Positions 25,447-27,107 of a stretch of DNA of 27,107 nucleotides are shown here, piece after piece. The translations under genes were made by a program, and so were the position numbers. Position 1 is the stretch's first letter, and each line of letters opens with the position of its first letter. This stretch comes from a virus. Taxonomy: Duplodnaviria; Caudoviricetes. The DNA lies in IMG/VR virus record IMGVR_UViG_3300044617_000782, positions 1 to 27,107 of that record; one strand, written 5' to 3'. The notes beneath the pieces are model-generated. The model was given only the letters and a program-made list of their open reading frames with translations. It was not told where the DNA came from and ran no database searches.

Positions 25447-25842
25447 TCACGCATTGCCTGCGGTCGTCACCAGGCTGGACAGGGTGATGTTCTGGCCCGT
25501 CGCGATGGTGCCGGTGAAGGTCCACGAGCCGCCCGTCAGGTCGGTGCGGAAGAGCACCGTGTCGCCCGAGGTCGTGAGATCCACGAAGGTCGGGGTGCCG
25601 CTGACGTGCGAGCCGTTGCTCTGCGTGGCGCCGGCCTCGTCCCAGTCGATGGCGCCGCTCGAGGTGGTGCCGATCGTCGAGCCGAGGGTCACCGTGCCAA
25701 GCAGCGTGGTGCCGCCGCCCACCGCGGCCACGCCCGAGGGCCTGGTGCCGCTGTAGAACTTCAGCTTGGCGTTTGCGCCAGCTGCAGTGACCAGGGCCGC
25801 GACGATGGAGGTGCGGAGGGACGTCGAGAAGTTGGTGGCCAT
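25447..25842 (-). CDS. Small beta-rich phage structural-type protein (131 aa)
   Basis: AGGAG RBS. LKFYSGTRP...TLLGTVTL...SGTPTF...IATGQNITLSSLVTTAGN is a pattern I recognise from phage structural regions. Function not established. Confidence 0.65.
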   Translation of the reverse strand: MATNFSTSLRTSIVAALVTAAGANAKLKFYSGTRPSGVAAVGGGTTLLGTVTLGSTIGTTSSGAIDWDEAGATQSNGSHVSGTPTFVDLTTSGDTVLFRTDLTGGSWTFTGTIATGQNITLSSLVTTAGNA

Positions 25843-25843
25843 G

Positions 25844-26218
25844 TCAGGCTCCTAGCAGGCGAGAGAAGAGGTTGCGCTTGGGTGCCGGCGCTGCCGGCGC
25901 TGCCGGCGGCACACCGAACGACAGCGCGCACGCGTCGGACAGGCAGCGGCCGCAGACCGACACCTCGTCGGGTCCGAACAGCACGTTGCTGTCGTCGCGC
26001 GCACCGCACTCGATGCAGGCTGGCACGGGCGCCCAGCCCCGGCCGCCGTAGGCCGCCGTGATCTGGTCGTCGGTGACCAGCGCAAGGTCGGCGTGCTCGC
26101 GCACGATGGCCTGGAACGCGTGCACGCGCGCCACGTCGGCCTCGCCCCTGGCGTGCGTGAAGCTCGCCCAGTGCTCGATGGTCTTGACCCGCAGCGGGGT
26201 GGTGCTGGTCTGCTTCAT
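25844..26218 (-). CDS. Hypothetical protein with C4 zinc finger (~124 aa)
   Basis: Start moved to ATG 26218 (MKQTSTT; ATGA overlap, GGAG RBS). Contains CIECG-x9-GPDEVSVCGRC. Confidence 0.7.
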   Translation of the reverse strand: MKQTSTTPLRVKTIEHWASFTHARGEADVARVHAFQAIVREHADLALVTDDQITAAYGGRGWAPVPACIECGARDDSNVLFGPDEVSVCGRCLSDACALSFGVPPAAPAAPAPKRNLFSRLLGA

Positions 26219-26535
26219 GCCGTGGTCACTCCGGTGATGCGGTTGGCGGGGTCGAGGCTGATCGAGGTGACCTTGCCGTCGCTGCCGGCCACGGTGATCA
26301 GGCTGCTGCTGTAGCTGGCGGTGTAGGTCACGCCGTCGATCGTCCAGGCGGTGGCCCTGCTGCCGGTGTCGTAGGTCACGCCCGACAGCGCACCTGGCGC
26401 GGTCAGGTTGGCGATCTGGTTCGGGGTCAGGACGGGCTGCTCCTCGCCCAGGATGTTGACGACGCCGATCCACTGCCCGGTGTTCTGATCGAACAGGCCG
26501 GGGTGGACAGCGACCTGGCGCGGCAGCAGGCTCAC
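26215..26535 (-). CDS. Hypothetical Thr/Ser-rich beta protein (106 aa)
   Basis: GTGA overlap with the portal stop, GAGG RBS and normal codon bias. The C-terminal half is a run of short strands (VTYDTGSRATAWT, ISLDPANRITGVT). Confidence 0.65.
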   Translation of the reverse strand: MSLLPRQVAVHPGLFDQNTGQWIGVVNILGEEQPVLTPNQIANLTAPGALSGVTYDTGSRATAWTIDGVTYTASYSSSLITVAGSDGKVTSISLDPANRITGVTTA

Positions 26536-27107
26536 GCGACCTCTGTGGCGCTCGGGCTGTTGTAGCCCTGGAACATGTTGAGCACGTCGCGCATGCCCTG
26601 CGGGTTGATGTCGCCCACGGTCTTGGCAGACTCGGCGGCCTGCGCCATCGCCATGCCCTGCTGCGCGGCCTGCGCGGCCTGCGCCTCGGCGTCGGCCAGG
26701 GCCTTCGCGTCCTCGTCGGGTCTGACCATCTTCGGGTTGACGCCGAAGAGGTTGGCGTAGTCGTCGATGACCTGCATCGCGTCGATCTTGTGGCGCACCT
26801 CGGGCCAGACCTGCACCAGCGTGTTCACGGTGCCGAGCAGTCGGTCGCTGCCGGCGGCGGCCACCGCGCGCTGCGCCTGGGCCAGGGTGGACACGAACTC
26901 GATGTTCAGATCCTTGCCCTCGATCTCGGGCGGCGGCGGCGGCAGGACGCCGGCCTCGGCCATGCGCTCGAACGTGATGTCGATCAGCGGGGACAGGAGC
27001 TCGTTGTGCAGGCGCTCGAGCACAGGGCCCAGCATCAGGAGCTTCTCTTCGTGGCGCTCCGCGATCTCGGTGGCGGTGGTGCCCGAGCGCTTGTCGTTCG
27101 CCATCAT
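26532..27107 (-). CDS. Portal (head-to-tail connector) protein, C-terminal part, 5'-truncated
   Basis: TATEIAERHEEKLLMLGPVLERLHNELLSPLI...LPPPP...IEFVSTLAQAQR is the signature of T7/BPP-1-type portals. Confidence 0.95.
   Translation of the reverse strand: MMANDKRSGTTATEIAERHEEKLLMLGPVLERLHNELLSPLIDITFERMAEAGVLPPPPPEIEGKDLNIEFVSTLAQAQRAVAAAGSDRLLGTVNTLVQVWPEVRHKIDAMQVIDDYANLFGVNPKMVRPDEDAKALADAEAQAAQAAQQGMAMAQAAESAKTVGDINPQGMRDVLNMFQGYNSPSATEVA

Noticed and set aside
26215-26400. YD/RHS-like strands in the 106-aa protein suggesting an RHS toxin
   Set aside because: Only two weak units, with no RHS core signature or toxin tip.
21713-26473. ORF-track starts at 22486, 24277 and 26473 (and 3870 for the second spike)
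   Set aside because: These extensions overlap upstream genes and read as off-frame sequence. Internal ATGs at 22285, 24082, 26218 and 3822 have an RBS and/or stop-start coupling.
485-26760. Numerous long plus-strand ORFs (e.g. 12129-14411, 8868-10400, 17542-19272, 20603-22288)
   Set aside because: They are antisense shadows of high-GC minus-strand genes, with no recognisable motifs and Arg/Gly/Ala/Val-biased composition, and they fully overlap well-supported genes.
1-27107. CRISPR array, tRNA/rRNA, integrase or IS elements
   Set aside because: The window is almost entirely coding, with intergenic gaps under 60 bp. No regularly spaced repeats, cloverleaf-sized gaps or recombinase/transposase motifs were seen.

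Overview
This window is the late (virion morphogenesis and lysis) region of a high-GC podovirus-type phage or prophage. All credible genes lie on the minus strand. Read right to left: portal (5'-truncated), a six-gene accessory island of mostly beta-rich proteins, Bbp19-like protein, scaffold, major capsid, cement-like protein, small protein, intrinsic terminator, tail adaptor, tail nozzle, GNAT/gp13-like protein, three internal (ejection) proteins ending in a 2732-aa polyvalent protein, anchored tail fibre, second tailspike, lysis cassette (membrane protein, M15 peptidase, 3-TM holin), and a third tailspike that is missing from the ORF track and runs off the left edge. The gene order matches BPP-1/epsilon15/T7-like podoviruses. 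The most unusual features are: (1) a cassette of cargo domains in the giant ejection protein (unknown small domain, glycosylase-like domain, ADP-ribosyltransferase, HExxH peptidase) bounded by repeated hydrophobic-x-Q junctions; (2) a candidate nested +1-frame gene with its own RBS and possible promoter just before the ART domain; (3) four copies of a G-x-Φ-x-L-D-x-F-x-Φ-x-G-x-Φ motif shared by three unrelated island proteins, suggesting a modular appendage; (4) a 34-bp bipartite motif in two intergenic gaps, probably a phage late promoter; (5) a probable three-way branched tailspike system. All family assignments come from motif recognition by eye, not from database searches.
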